Positions 7,540 to 16,283 of a stretch of 64,000 nt of DNA are shown one piece after another. Positions within the stretch are counted from its first letter, which is position 1, and each line of letters opens with the position of its first letter. Origin of the DNA: Candidatus Omnitrophota bacterium (GTDB lineage: Bacteria; Omnitrophota; Gorgyraeia; Gygaellales; Profunditerraquicolaceae); the NCBI GenBank assembly GCA_963805065.1, contig CAWDSS010000012.1, positions 108,174 through 172,173 of the forward strand. The letters run 5' to 3'. The notes under the pieces are model-generated. The model searched no databases. It was not told where the DNA came from and saw only the letters and a program-made list of their open reading frames with translations. The translations under genes were made by a program, and so were the position numbers.

Positions 7540-8741
7540 GAGTTATTCACCGCCTCAAAAATTTTCAACGCCTGTTTTACTTCCCTGACATCGTGCACCC
7601 TTACAATTTTAGCGCCGTTTTTTACAGCTAAAACACAAGCACTTATACTCCCGCTGAGTCTTTCTCCTACGGATGCATTAAGAATTTTACCGATAAAAGA
7701 TTTTCTTGAAGGGCCGACCAATATGGGCTTGCCTAAAATCTTAAACTCCTGCAGGCGGTTCAATATTTCCAAATTATGAGCGCAGGTCTTACTAAAACCA
7801 ATTCCGGGGTCAATAATAATTTTATCTTCGCCAATCCCTGCGCCTTTGGCTTTATTTATAGATGACTGTAAGTATTGCGTTATCTCCTGTGTCAATGAAG
7901 CGTATTGCACGTTCTTCTGCATATCTTGTGGTTTACCCCTCATATGCATAATTACAACTCCTGCTTTATTCTTGGCAATTAAATCTGCCATTTTTTTGTC
8001 TCTTAATCCGGAAATATCATTTACTAAACAAGCTCCGTTATCAAGTGCCTGCTTTGCAACCTGTGCTTTATAAGTATCCACTGAAATCGGCACATCGAAC
8101 TTTTTCCTTACAGCTTTTATAACGGGGATAATCCTGTTTAATTCTTCTTGTAGGGATACTGGCTTTGCTCCAGGCCGTGATGATTCACCCCCGATATCGA
8201 TGATATCCGCTCCATCCCGGATAATCTTTTCCACAAAACTCAATACTTTTGCATTTTGGGTTTTGACTTTTGCGTTAACGTAAAGCCCATCCCCGCTGAA
8301 TGAATCCGGCGTAATGTTGACAATACCCATTATATGCGGGCGCTTACCAAGGTTAAGTTTGTATTTTCCCAGGTGAAGAGTAAATTTATCGCGTTGAAAA
8401 TTTTTTAGAGTATCCGCAAGGTCATAAGCTATCTTTGCCAGGCCAAAAGGCTGTTTATTCAATTTATGGTTCAGCCTGATTAATTGGGAAAGGTTGCCCA
8501 TTAAAAGACAATCGGTCAATTTTGCTTTGCCTGTTAAGGCGCCGCGGCTGACCGCAACATCTCCTCCCAGAGAAAGCATTTCCTGTTTAAGTATATTTGC
8601 CGCGATATTGGAAACAGAATTCATGCGCACCAGATACGTTACGGCCTTAGGAAGCATAATCTTAATGCCATAGGGATCCACTCCGATATTCGACATTGTC
8701 CGTTTTATATCGTTGGGGTGATATATTTGTAGTATCTGCAT
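7536..8741 (-). CDS. folP: dihydropteroate synthase with extra ~125-aa N-terminal domain
   Basis: The C-terminal ~270 aa carry MGIVNITPDSFSGDG, DIIDIGGESSRPGA, VSVDTYKA, NDISG, DPGIGFSKT and VGPSRKSFIG. The N-terminal part has no motif I can name. Confidence 0.85.
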   Translation of the reverse strand: MQILQIYHPNDIKRTMSNIGVDPYGIKIMLPKAVTYLVRMNSVSNIAANILKQEMLSLGGDVAVSRGALTGKAKLTDCLLMGNLSQLIRLNHKLNKQPFGLAKIAYDLADTLKNFQRDKFTLHLGKYKLNLGKRPHIMGIVNITPDSFSGDGLYVNAKVKTQNAKVLSFVEKIIRDGADIIDIGGESSRPGAKPVSLQEELNRIIPVIKAVRKKFDVPISVDTYKAQVAKQALDNGACLVNDISGLRDKKMADLIAKNKAGVVIMHMRGKPQDMQKNVQYASLTQEITQYLQSSINKAKGAGIGEDKIIIDPGIGFSKTCAHNLEILNRLQEFKILGKPILVGPSRKSFIGKILNASVGERLSGSISACVLAVKNGAKIVRVHDVREVKQALKIFEAVNNS

Positions 8742-8749
8742 AGATTATT

Positions 8750-10603
8750 TCAGGCGAGATCTTTCTTTTCTATACCAAGAAGCCTTTTCACCTCTTCTCC
8801 ATCTAAGACTTCTTTTTCTAACAAAGCTCCAGACAAAATCTTTAGCTTATCCAGGTTTTGCGAAAGCAGCGTCCTTGCTTTAGAATATGCCTCATCGACT
8901 ATGTTTTTTACTTCTTCATCGATTAAGTTGGCTGTACCGTCGCTGTAGTTTTTTTCTTCCATGATATCCCGACCGAGGAAAATAAGGCCTTCACGCCTGC
9001 CTAAAGTGATATTGCCTAACTTTTTGGACATACCAAACTGCATTACCATGCGCCTTGCCATTTGGGTTGCCTGCTCTAAATCATTCTGGGCGCCGGTAGT
9101 AACCTCGCTTAAGTTAATTTCTTCCGAGGCCCTGCCTCCCAACATCATGGCGATTTCTGAAATCAGCTCTGTCCTTGTCCAGTAATGCCTGTCTTCAAGG
9201 GGTGGTGTAAATGTGTATCCGCCGGCAAGCCCCCTTGGGATTATAGAAACTTTTTTTACGGGGTTAACTTCCGCCAAAAGCAAAGACATTAACGCATGGC
9301 CTGATTCATGCAGAGAAGTAATTTCCTTTTCTTTCTTAGACATAATATGGCTTTTCTTTTCCGGGCCCATAAGTACCCTTTCAACTGATTTTTCAAAATC
9401 CACCATTTCTACAAAATCTTTATTGTACCTGGCTGCCAGGAGTGCCGCTTCATTACAAAGATTAGCCAGGTCTGCTCCGGAAAAACCCGGGGTCTGGCTG
9501 GCAATGGATTTTAAATTTACATTAGGAGAAAGTTTGATTTTTCGCGTGTGGACTTTAAGAATTTCTTCTCTACCCCTGATATCGGGAAAATTCACCACAA
9601 TATGCCGGTCAAACCTTCCCGGCCGTAAAAGCGCAGGATCCAGCGTATCCGGCCTGTTAGTCGCTGCAATTAAAATTAAGCCTTGCGCAGTATCAAAGCC
9701 ATCCATCTCGACTAACAAGGCATTTAACGTCTGTTCACGCTCATCATGCCCGCCGCCTATACCGGAAAAACGCAAACGCCCGACCGCATCTATCTCGTCA
9801 ATAAAGATTATAGCGCCTTTACCGGATACTTTTGCCGCGCGCCTGCCCTGTTCAAACAGGTCGCGCACACGGCTTGCGCCTACGCCGACAAACATTTCTA
9901 CAAAATCCGAACCTGAAATACTAAAGAAAGGAACCCCTGCTTCACCGGCAACTGCCCTGGCAATCAAAGTCTTTCCGCAACCCGGAGGCCCAACCAATAA
10001 AACTCCCTTAGGAATTTTACCACCCAGCCTCTGAAATTTCTTGGGATCCCGCAAAAATTCAATGACCTCTTTGAGTTCCTCTTTTGCCTCATCAACGCCC
10101 GCGACATCATTAAAAGTCGCTCTCTCGGTATCCGTCTGTATCTTTGGCCGTACTTTACCAAAACTCATAATTCTTGAGCCTAACTGTTCTCCCCGGGCAG
10201 CCATCATCCACCAGAATAATATTATGAGTAAAATCGGCACAAAGTTAACCAGCACAGATGTCCAAAAGGTACGCGGCGGCTGGACATCAAAAATCTTAAG
10301 ATTCTGGCGCAGCAAATTCAGCATTTCCGTATCATTCTCGGGAATATTTAGGAAAAACTTGGAATTATCCGTGAACTCTCCCTGTATGCGGGAATCGGTT
10401 TGCGTAGCTGACTTAATTTTTTCAGGATGGGTTTTTAAGGTATTATAAAAATCGCTGTAAGTAATTTCCTTGGGTACGCCGGTAATAGAAGTGCTAAGGG
10501 CATTAATAATTAAGAAAAAAATTATGATAGCAAAAATCCAGCCAAAGGGGAACCGCTTGCTTAGGTTGTTCTTTTTGAATCTTGAGTTTTTGGAGTTTGA
10601 CAT
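8750..10603 (-). CDS. ftsH: ATP-dependent zinc metalloprotease FtsH
   Basis: Two TM segments, Walker A GPPGCGKT, Walker [13 protein letters not shown] region, zinc motif HESGHAL. Confidence 0.95.
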   Translation of the reverse strand: MSNSKNSRFKKNNLSKRFPFGWIFAIIIFFLIINALSTSITGVPKEITYSDFYNTLKTHPEKIKSATQTDSRIQGEFTDNSKFFLNIPENDTEMLNLLRQNLKIFDVQPPRTFWTSVLVNFVPILLIILFWWMMAARGEQLGSRIMSFGKVRPKIQTDTERATFNDVAGVDEAKEELKEVIEFLRDPKKFQRLGGKIPKGVLLVGPPGCGKTLIARAVAGEAGVPFFSISGSDFVEMFVGVGASRVRDLFEQGRRAAKVSGKGAIIFIDEIDAVGRLRFSGIGGGHDEREQTLNALLVEMDGFDTAQGLILIAATNRPDTLDPALLRPGRFDRHIVVNFPDIRGREEILKVHTRKIKLSPNVNLKSIASQTPGFSGADLANLCNEAALLAARYNKDFVEMVDFEKSVERVLMGPEKKSHIMSKKEKEITSLHESGHALMSLLLAEVNPVKKVSIIPRGLAGGYTFTPPLEDRHYWTRTELISEIAMMLGGRASEEINLSEVTTGAQNDLEQATQMARRMVMQFGMSKKLGNITLGRREGLIFLGRDIMEEKNYSDGTANLIDEEVKNIVDEAYSKARTLLSQNLDKLKILSGALLEKEVLDGEEVKRLLGIEKKDLA

Positions 10604-10689
10604 TTTTTCTTATCCTTTTTTTAGAGATTTTATATTATATACTTAACTATATGTAAAATCAAGTATTTATTATGGTTTTTTATCTGATT

Positions 10690-11661
10690 TTAAGCCCTGC
10701 GGTAGACTGAGAGCGTTCTTTTCTTCTTCTTGACTGAAACGCCCTTAGGAAGGTCAACTATGGAGTTAAAAGGACGGTTGAACAGCAAATCCTCTATTTC
10801 CTGAATATGCTTGAAGGTGATTCTGCGCATATCTCCTTGTAGCCGCGCAATATACAAACGTAATACCAACCTCTGCATTGAAGGATGCAGACGAACAAAT
10901 TTATCGATATTGATTCTGCGGCCTAATTTTCTCAAAAGCTTTTGGGCTTGCCGATTCAAGTATTCATAATCGAACCCTACGTGTTCAGCCATGTTACTCA
11001 AGATTTCTTTGATATTTTTATTATATTTCTTTTCAAGCAACGGCAATAAATCATGCCTGATTTTATTCCTGAAATATAGGTTTTGAAGGTTAGTTTTATC
11101 TATCATAAATTTGATTTTTCTTCTTCTAAGGAAATATTCTATATCTTTTCTTTTGGTTTCTATTAATGGCCTTATCACTATGAAACCGTTAATATTACGC
11201 TTGGGCAAAATGCCTGCCAAGCCATACAGGCCTGTGCCTCTCAATAAACGCATTAAGACTGTTTCAGCCTGATCATCAAGATTGTGTCCGAGGGCAATTT
11301 TGTCAGCTTTTATATTTTTAGCGGCCTGGAACAGGAACCTAAACCTGGCATTCCTGGCACTTTCTTCAAGCGAACCAGCCGCGCTTATTTTTTTTACATC
11401 TATCTGCTTAACAATAACCGGCAATTTAAGTCGTGAAGCCAAAGCCTCAACAAATTTTCTGTCTTTACCGGAATCAGGGCGCAACATATGGTCTAAATGC
11501 GCCACGGAAAGTTTCAGCTTAAATTCCTTACTAATGCTGTTAAGCAAATATAAAAGGGCGACTGAATCAGGCCCGCCTGAAACACCGACCAGAATCCTAT
11601 CTTGTTCTTTTAAAAGCTTGTATCTTTTTATTGTATGCCTTGCTTTTAGTAAAAATTTCAT
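10690..11661 (-). CDS. tilS: tRNA(Ile)-lysidine synthase
   Basis: PP-loop VGVSGGPDS, LGHNLDDQAET, RPL motif. 323 aa. Confidence 0.85.
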   Translation of the reverse strand: MKFLLKARHTIKRYKLLKEQDRILVGVSGGPDSVALLYLLNSISKEFKLKLSVAHLDHMLRPDSGKDRKFVEALASRLKLPVIVKQIDVKKISAAGSLEESARNARFRFLFQAAKNIKADKIALGHNLDDQAETVLMRLLRGTGLYGLAGILPKRNINGFIVIRPLIETKRKDIEYFLRRRKIKFMIDKTNLQNLYFRNKIRHDLLPLLEKKYNKNIKEILSNMAEHVGFDYEYLNRQAQKLLRKLGRRINIDKFVRLHPSMQRLVLRLYIARLQGDMRRITFKHIQEIEDLLFNRPFNSIVDLPKGVSVKKKKRTLSVYRRA

Positions 11662-11669
11662 TTTCTAGA

Positions 11670-12044
11670 TTACTTTGCGTCTTGCCACCAGATTTTTAGC
11701 AAATCCGGGAAATGCTGCTGGTTGATAAATCGGAAAATTATATTCCTCTCCTTGTCTTTCATGGAAATTATGTTAAAGCCGTAAAGGACTCCTTCGGGCA
11801 GGGACTTTTTCCAGGCAATCTTTACTTTGGCAGTGAAGCTGTCGTTATTGGGGAAAACCAGGGTTAATTTTGGCTCTTTTAGGCCGGGTAATTCTTTAGT
11901 CAGGTAAACGTGGAAACCTTTAAAATTTATATTTTTAATAACGCAGGGGAAATTTTTAATTACATTGTTATATCTTAGCCGGATCTTTGCAGTACAATTT
12001 ATCTCCCATCTCTTTAGGCTACGTTGTTCTTTATCCGCTAACAT
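11670..12044 (-). CDS. PilZ-like domain protein (degenerate motifs)
   Basis: RSLKR (RxxxR-like) near the N-terminus and NINFKG (N-x-N-x-x-G instead of DxSxxG). The size and beta-rich pattern fit PilZ. Confidence 0.4.
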   Translation of the reverse strand: MLADKEQRSLKRWEINCTAKIRLRYNNVIKNFPCVIKNINFKGFHVYLTKELPGLKEPKLTLVFPNNDSFTAKVKIAWKKSLPEGVLYGFNIISMKDKERNIIFRFINQQHFPDLLKIWWQDAK

Positions 12045-12421
12045 TATTTTATTAATTCAACGCTTTTAGCCTCCAGAACATCAGGTGCTTGCGGATCGTA
12101 ATAATACTCCACCACTACTTGATCGTCCTGCATAATGTCGGTAGAGGAAACCACAACGTTGGCAGTCGAATCCGTATAAGAATCATAACTACGTTTAAAG
12201 AATTTTGTTCTTTCGGTAATAGTAAAGGTGCGTTTCGTATTTTCTTTGTCTTTTTGTACGGTAATCTTTGAATTAACTAGGCTGATTTCACTGACCTTGC
12301 CTTTAAAATACATTATAGAAACATCAATATCATTATTATTTACATATTGGCAAAAGCTGGATGAATTCTTGAGAAAAAGAGCAGCTAAAGCTAAAACAAG
12401 TATTATGCTAAATCTTCTCAT
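12044..12421 (-). CDS. small secreted hypothetical protein
   Basis: Signal peptide MRRFSIILVLALAALFL. GAGGAGGG RBS upstream. No recognisable domain. Confidence 0.6.
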   Translation of the reverse strand: MRRFSIILVLALAALFLKNSSSFCQYVNNNDIDVSIMYFKGKVSEISLVNSKITVQKDKENTKRTFTITERTKFFKRSYDSYTDSTANVVVSSTDIMQDDQVVVEYYYDPQAPDVLEAKSVELIK

Positions 12422-12762
12422 CTTGCCCTCCTCGAACTGCTTGTGGCGCCCCCTGCTGATTTGCTCGTTTCACTCGCAAATCAAAACGCTGGGGGCTGCC
12501 ATTCAACTATGGTATAGCTTTGGTGGCGGCGACTGGCCCTACTTCGCCCTTTAATAGATTAGTTAGAGCTCTGATGGGCTTCGTAGGACTGCGTCGCATG
12601 GGCAATTTTGCCTGCTATTTAAGCTAGTGGCAAAATTGGTGGCGGCGACTGGATTTCAAGCCGCCATGTTTTTACTTCAGGCGGCGAAGTCCCGCCTTCT
12701 ATTACTTGTTTGGCGGGAAAACCATTCAACATTATTCGATACGCCACTTGTTATTTAAAATC
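12422..12762. other. 340-nt structured non-coding region with two tRNA-3'-end-like fragments (..GTCGCCGCCACCA) and several hairpins
   Basis: TGGTGGCGGCGACTGG occurs at 12520 and 12637, and is similar to the 3' end of the tRNA at 12763. There is a 10-bp hairpin caattttgcc/ggcaaaattg, a GGCGG/CCGCC hairpin, and the conserved hairpin 12535..12588. Confidence 0.5.
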
Positions 12763-12839
12763 TGGTGGCGGAGAGTGGATTTAAACCACCGACCAAGCGG
12801 GTATGAGCCGCGTGCTCTATCAGGCTGAGCTACTCCGCC
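12763..12839 (-). tRNA. tRNA with CAT anticodon (Met or Ile2), CCA encoded
   Basis: The minus strand reads GGCGGAGTAGCTCAGCCTGATAGAGCACGCGGCTCATACCCGCTTGGTCGGTGGTTTAAATCCACTCTCCGCCACCA. The T loop is unusual (TTTAAAT). Elongator Met and lysidine-modified Ile2 cannot be told apart by eye. Confidence 0.8.
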
Positions 12840-12845
12840 GAATGA

Positions 12846-13217
12846 TTATCCCTTGAGAACTTCCTTCACCTTTTCCAGCAACTCTTTAAGAGAAGACATC
12901 TTACTAATATAATCACAAGCGCCTACGGCGCTACAACGATCAATTACGCTTTTTGACTCTAAGTCTTTGCCGGTTAGCAGCAACACGGGTATGTTTCTTG
13001 TCTTTGCTTCTTTTTTAAGGCTCTCGCAGGTAAGATAACCGTCAATCTTAGGCATAGCAATATCTAATAATATAAGATCAGGTTGGTTAGTTTTGGCGAT
13101 AAGCAAAGCTTCATAGCCGTCTTGCGCAGTCATGACCGAATAATGATTCTGGGCTAACCTCTCCTTAATCAATTCCCTGATTTCTTTTTCATCGTCCACA
13201 ACTAATATTTTCTTCAT
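12846..13217 (-). CDS. response regulator, receiver domain only
   Basis: ILVVDDE, LILLDIAMPKIDG, LLLTGK, YISK. No output domain. Confidence 0.85.
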   Translation of the reverse strand: MKKILVVDDEKEIRELIKERLAQNHYSVMTAQDGYEALLIAKTNQPDLILLDIAMPKIDGYLTCESLKKEAKTRNIPVLLLTGKDLESKSVIDRCSAVGACDYISKMSSLKELLEKVKEVLKG

Positions 13218-13226
13218 TTTTCCTCC

Positions 13227-13613
13227 CTACCTGAAAATTTTTCTTATAAAGAGTATATACCCAACTGCCAGGGAATTCAAGGATGTAAGTAAAACTACTG
13301 CCGCGGCAATATCTTTCACTAATCTTATCCTGGTATGATACTTTGTAGTCAGCATGTTCATCAGCATCTCAATAGAGGTATTAAAAACCTCCGCCATAAA
13401 AACAAGCGTTATGGTGATACATAAAATAACCAGCTCCATGCCTTTTAATTGAAGCTTGATTCCCAAAAGAAACGCCGCGATTCCCAGCATAAAAATCAGG
13501 CGCATGTTCCTATGGTATAAAAATAGGTAAAAAATTCCGGTAGTTGCTATTTTAAAACTTTCCATAAGGCCGTGAAATTTAAAGATGTGCCTGAAAACTT
13601 TTGGCCTAGCCAT
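13227..13613 (-). CDS. dgkA: diacylglycerol/undecaprenol kinase (DgkA family)
   Basis: Three TM helices, EVFNTSIEMLMN and VKDIAAAVVL motifs. The true start may be the internal Met at 13565. Confidence 0.75.
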   Translation of the reverse strand: MARPKVFRHIFKFHGLMESFKIATTGIFYLFLYHRNMRLIFMLGIAAFLLGIKLQLKGMELVILCITITLVFMAEVFNTSIEMLMNMLTTKYHTRIRLVKDIAAAVVLLTSLNSLAVGYILFIRKIFR

Positions 13614-13614
13614 A

Positions 13615-14403
13615 TCACCTCTTTCTGTAAGCTTCCAGATACGAATCGCAGTAAATCTGTTTATTCAAAATTAATTCTGCGGTAATTGCCGCATCCATCA
13701 ATTCTTTATCTTTCGGGTCTAAAATGGCTGCATCCAGGCCGCTCGATACACCCATGGTTAAAAATGTCCGGTTAATCAGGCTTCGGTCGCTTGACCCTTG
13801 AGAAACATTGCTTAACCCGACGATAGTCTTAGGCGCAGGTTCTGAAATAATTTTAAATTCGCGTATAGATTCCAGAATATCTTTCATCTGTGACTGTGCA
13901 ACATTCACCGGCAAAACTATGGGGTCAAGATAAAGATCTTCAATGGGAAAACCCTGGTCAGAGCAATAAGCCAGTATAGTAGCAGCAAGTTCCATACGCT
14001 GCTCTTTATTCTGAGGTATTCCTTTTGAGCTTATTGTTAGGCCGATGAGCGAGGCATTGTATTCTTTAGCCAAAGGCACCAGGATATCCAATTTTGCCTG
14101 GTCCGCAGTAGTTGAATTTATAATTACTTTATTTTTTATTACCTTTAACCCTGATTCAATGACCTTGGGCTTACTGGAATCTAGCGACAGCGGTTTGTCA
14201 GTTACTTCCTGTATTACCTTGACTAACCATTGAATATCGGAAATTGGGTCGCTTGAAGCCGGGCCGCAATTTATATCCAGGGCATCTGCGCCGCTTTCGA
14301 TTTGTTCAAGCGCGCACTTCTGCACTACGGCTTTATCCTTTTCTTTAATTGCCTTGCCGATATTTTGATACATTCCGTTAATCAACTCACCGATTATAAA
14401 CAT
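13615..14403 (-). CDS. acsE: methyltetrahydrofolate:corrinoid/iron-sulfur protein methyltransferase
   Basis: 262-aa pterin-binding barrel (GADALDINCGP, SLDSS, INSTT, LDPIVLPV, GLSNVSQG) next to the CFeSP genes. Confidence 0.8.
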   Translation of the reverse strand: MFIIGELINGMYQNIGKAIKEKDKAVVQKCALEQIESGADALDINCGPASSDPISDIQWLVKVIQEVTDKPLSLDSSKPKVIESGLKVIKNKVIINSTTADQAKLDILVPLAKEYNASLIGLTISSKGIPQNKEQRMELAATILAYCSDQGFPIEDLYLDPIVLPVNVAQSQMKDILESIREFKIISEPAPKTIVGLSNVSQGSSDRSLINRTFLTMGVSSGLDAAILDPKDKELMDAAITAELILNKQIYCDSYLEAYRKR

Positions 14404-14454
14404 GTTAGAATATCCTCACTTAAAACTAAGGCTTTGTTATTAAATTGTCTATAT

Positions 14455-14559
14455 GAAGAAAAGGGGACGTTTCTATTTTTCTTCTGATTAGTGAAGAAAA
14501 GGGGACGTTTCTATTTTTCTTCTGATTAGGGAACGTTAAAAATAGAAACGTCCCCTTTT
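14455..14559. repeat. palindromic REP/MITE-like element, copy 1 (one arm tandemly duplicated)
   Basis: The 36-nt unit gaagaaaaggggacgtttctatttttcttctgatta occurs twice (14455, 14493), then the inverted arm aaaaatagaaacgtcccctttt. This gives a 22-bp stem. It is the same element, in opposite orientation, as 20734..20794. Confidence 0.85.
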
Positions 14560-15530
14560 CTTTGGGTTTTGTCATTTGTCATTAAGCTATCTATGTACAT
14601 ATTTATCTTTTCAACTGCTTTCGGATGGCGCATAACCAATAAATCCGCACCTGCCTGAATCAAAGCAGTAGCAGTAATGATTTCCCAGCTGATTCCTCTT
14701 TCTAATTCCGGACCCCAATCGGGAAACTCTTGTATAGGAGCTTTTGCTTCTTTTGCCCTCCAGGTTTCCTGGCCAACCAGGCAAATAAAGGGGCTGGCAA
14801 CAGTTTTATCTCCTGATAAAGCTGCTAGGCGAGCACGCTCCATAATCGAATAGGCATATTCCAGGCCATAACCCAAAGCGCCTATTGTCGGATTAATCAC
14901 GATCCTTTCCAAAGGCAACCCCATATCGGAAATCAAAATGTTTAATTGTTTGGCAATATTTATATCAATGGGCGATTCGGCAATAATACCGTGCCCGTCG
15001 GCCAAGACCGCCGCAACCAGGGTCTTGTAATTATCCTGCACAGCGCTGCCGATTAGGCAACATTCTCCCTTAGCAGCTTCGCAGCATGCAGGTAAAACCA
15101 AATTATCTTTGGCATCGTCTCCCGATCCCAAAATAATCAGCGGCACATCGACCTTTTTCAATAATTGCTCTACCAGTTTTGCTTCTTCTTCGGGCTCCTT
15201 ATCGCCAAAATCCGGATGGCTGCCTTGTAATTTTAAGCATAAAATTTGCGCCTTATGTTCCTTAACGCAATTTTCTGCCCAGGCAAGCGGATCTTCCAAT
15301 AGATTTCCAAAAGGTTTCTTTAATTCAGAAGGCCAATCAGTAGGTTCTGTGTCCCAAATTTCAAATGCCACCTGAGGCTTATTCGGGACTGCTCCCTCCT
15401 GAAATAAAAATGGCAGAGTTTGCTCACCCCCGGTTTTAACCACATGGGCGCGGCTTCCTCCATCCTGCTTTGTCGCTCCCACTGTCACTACTGATATCTG
15501 TCCGGACCATTTTTCCGTCATTAATTGCAT
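14526..15530 (-). CDS. acsD: corrinoid/iron-sulfur protein small subunit (CFeSP delta, AcsD/CdhD-like)
   Basis: TIM-barrel CFeSP small-subunit-like sequence (VTVGATKQDGGSR, PLIILGSGD, INPTIGALGYGLEY). The last ~11 codons and the stop lie inside the palindromic element. Confidence 0.8.
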   Translation of the reverse strand: MQLMTEKWSGQISVVTVGATKQDGGSRAHVVKTGGEQTLPFLFQEGAVPNKPQVAFEIWDTEPTDWPSELKKPFGNLLEDPLAWAENCVKEHKAQILCLKLQGSHPDFGDKEPEEEAKLVEQLLKKVDVPLIILGSGDDAKDNLVLPACCEAAKGECCLIGSAVQDNYKTLVAAVLADGHGIIAESPIDINIAKQLNILISDMGLPLERIVINPTIGALGYGLEYAYSIMERARLAALSGDKTVASPFICLVGQETWRAKEAKAPIQEFPDWGPELERGISWEIITATALIQAGADLLVMRHPKAVEKINMYIDSLMTNDKTQRKGDVSIFNVP

Positions 15531-16267
15531 ATTTTTTCTCCTAATTTTCGCAGGGATCCTAAACTTGGCGCGCTATCTTCCAGGGCCATTAATGAGCTGC
15601 CATTAAGCGATATCTTTTCTATCCCTTTGTCTTGCGGAACAAACCCTATATATTCAAGCTTGAGATTTTTAATTTTCTCTTCATCAATTTCCTTATCATA
15701 ACGGTTTATAACCAGGTATATTTTTTGGGTGTTGATATTTAATTCTTTTATCAAATCTGCAATTCTTTGGGCTGCTTTTAGCCCCACAACCGAGGCATCA
15801 GAAACCACTACAAAGGCATCTGCCTTTCTGGTTGTCCTTCGGGAAAGATGCTCCAACCCTGCCTCATTGTCGATGATTATGTACTTGTATTCCTGAATAA
15901 GGCGGGACATTACATTCCTTAAAACATTATTCACATAACAATAGCATCCCGGGCCTTCGGGCCTACCCATAGTCAAACAATCAACACCTTCTCCTTCCTG
16001 AACCAAAGTCTGTACCTGATATTCCAAGAACCTGTCTTTAGACATACTGGTAGGGACTTTTTCAGGGTGCGCTGAAATATCATCTAGAATCTCACCTATA
16101 GTTTGCTTTGGGCTAATCCCGATTGACTCTGCTAAATTACTATTGGGATCAGCATCAATTGCTAAAATAGAGCCTGATTGTTTGCTTTTAAGTATTTTAA
16201 CTAACAAAGCGGCGATTGTAGTCTTGCCTGTTCCGCCCTTACCAGCCATCGCAATTACATATCCCAT
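15521..16267 (-). CDS. cooC: CO dehydrogenase/ACS nickel-insertion ATPase (CooC/AcsF family)
   Basis: ORF trimmed to Met31 (MGYVIAMAGKGGTGKTT, deviant Walker A). The 30-aa extension in the track overlaps the 3' end of the upstream gene. CYCYV motif present. Confidence 0.85.
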   Translation of the reverse strand: MGYVIAMAGKGGTGKTTIAALLVKILKSKQSGSILAIDADPNSNLAESIGISPKQTIGEILDDISAHPEKVPTSMSKDRFLEYQVQTLVQEGEGVDCLTMGRPEGPGCYCYVNNVLRNVMSRLIQEYKYIIIDNEAGLEHLSRRTTRKADAFVVVSDASVVGLKAAQRIADLIKELNINTQKIYLVINRYDKEIDEEKIKNLKLEYIGFVPQDKGIEKISLNGSSLMALEDSAPSLGSLRKLGEKICN

Positions 16268-16283
16268 AAGTTTTGTGTAACGT

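Noticed and set aside
9213-10034. 273-aa plus-strand ORF
   Set aside because: It lies entirely antisense to ftsH, whose identity is unambiguous. The translation is Ser/Pro/Ile-rich low complexity with no motif. It is a typical shadow ORF of an AT-rich gene.
12422-12762. tmRNA (ssrA), standard or permuted
   Set aside because: The size, the CCACCA ends and a TAATAG double stop were suggestive. However, I could not build a T arm (no TTCRANY loop closed by a 5-bp stem) or a matching 5' acceptor strand, and the putative tag (..GGGDWPYFAL) lies on the opposite strand from the CCA ends. Left as unclassified; needs ARAGORN/Infernal.
14455-14559. CRISPR array (direct 36-nt repeat x2)
   Set aside because: There are only two adjacent units, with a 2-nt gap and no spacers. 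The sequence is one arm of a palindromic element found again at 20734. No cas genes.
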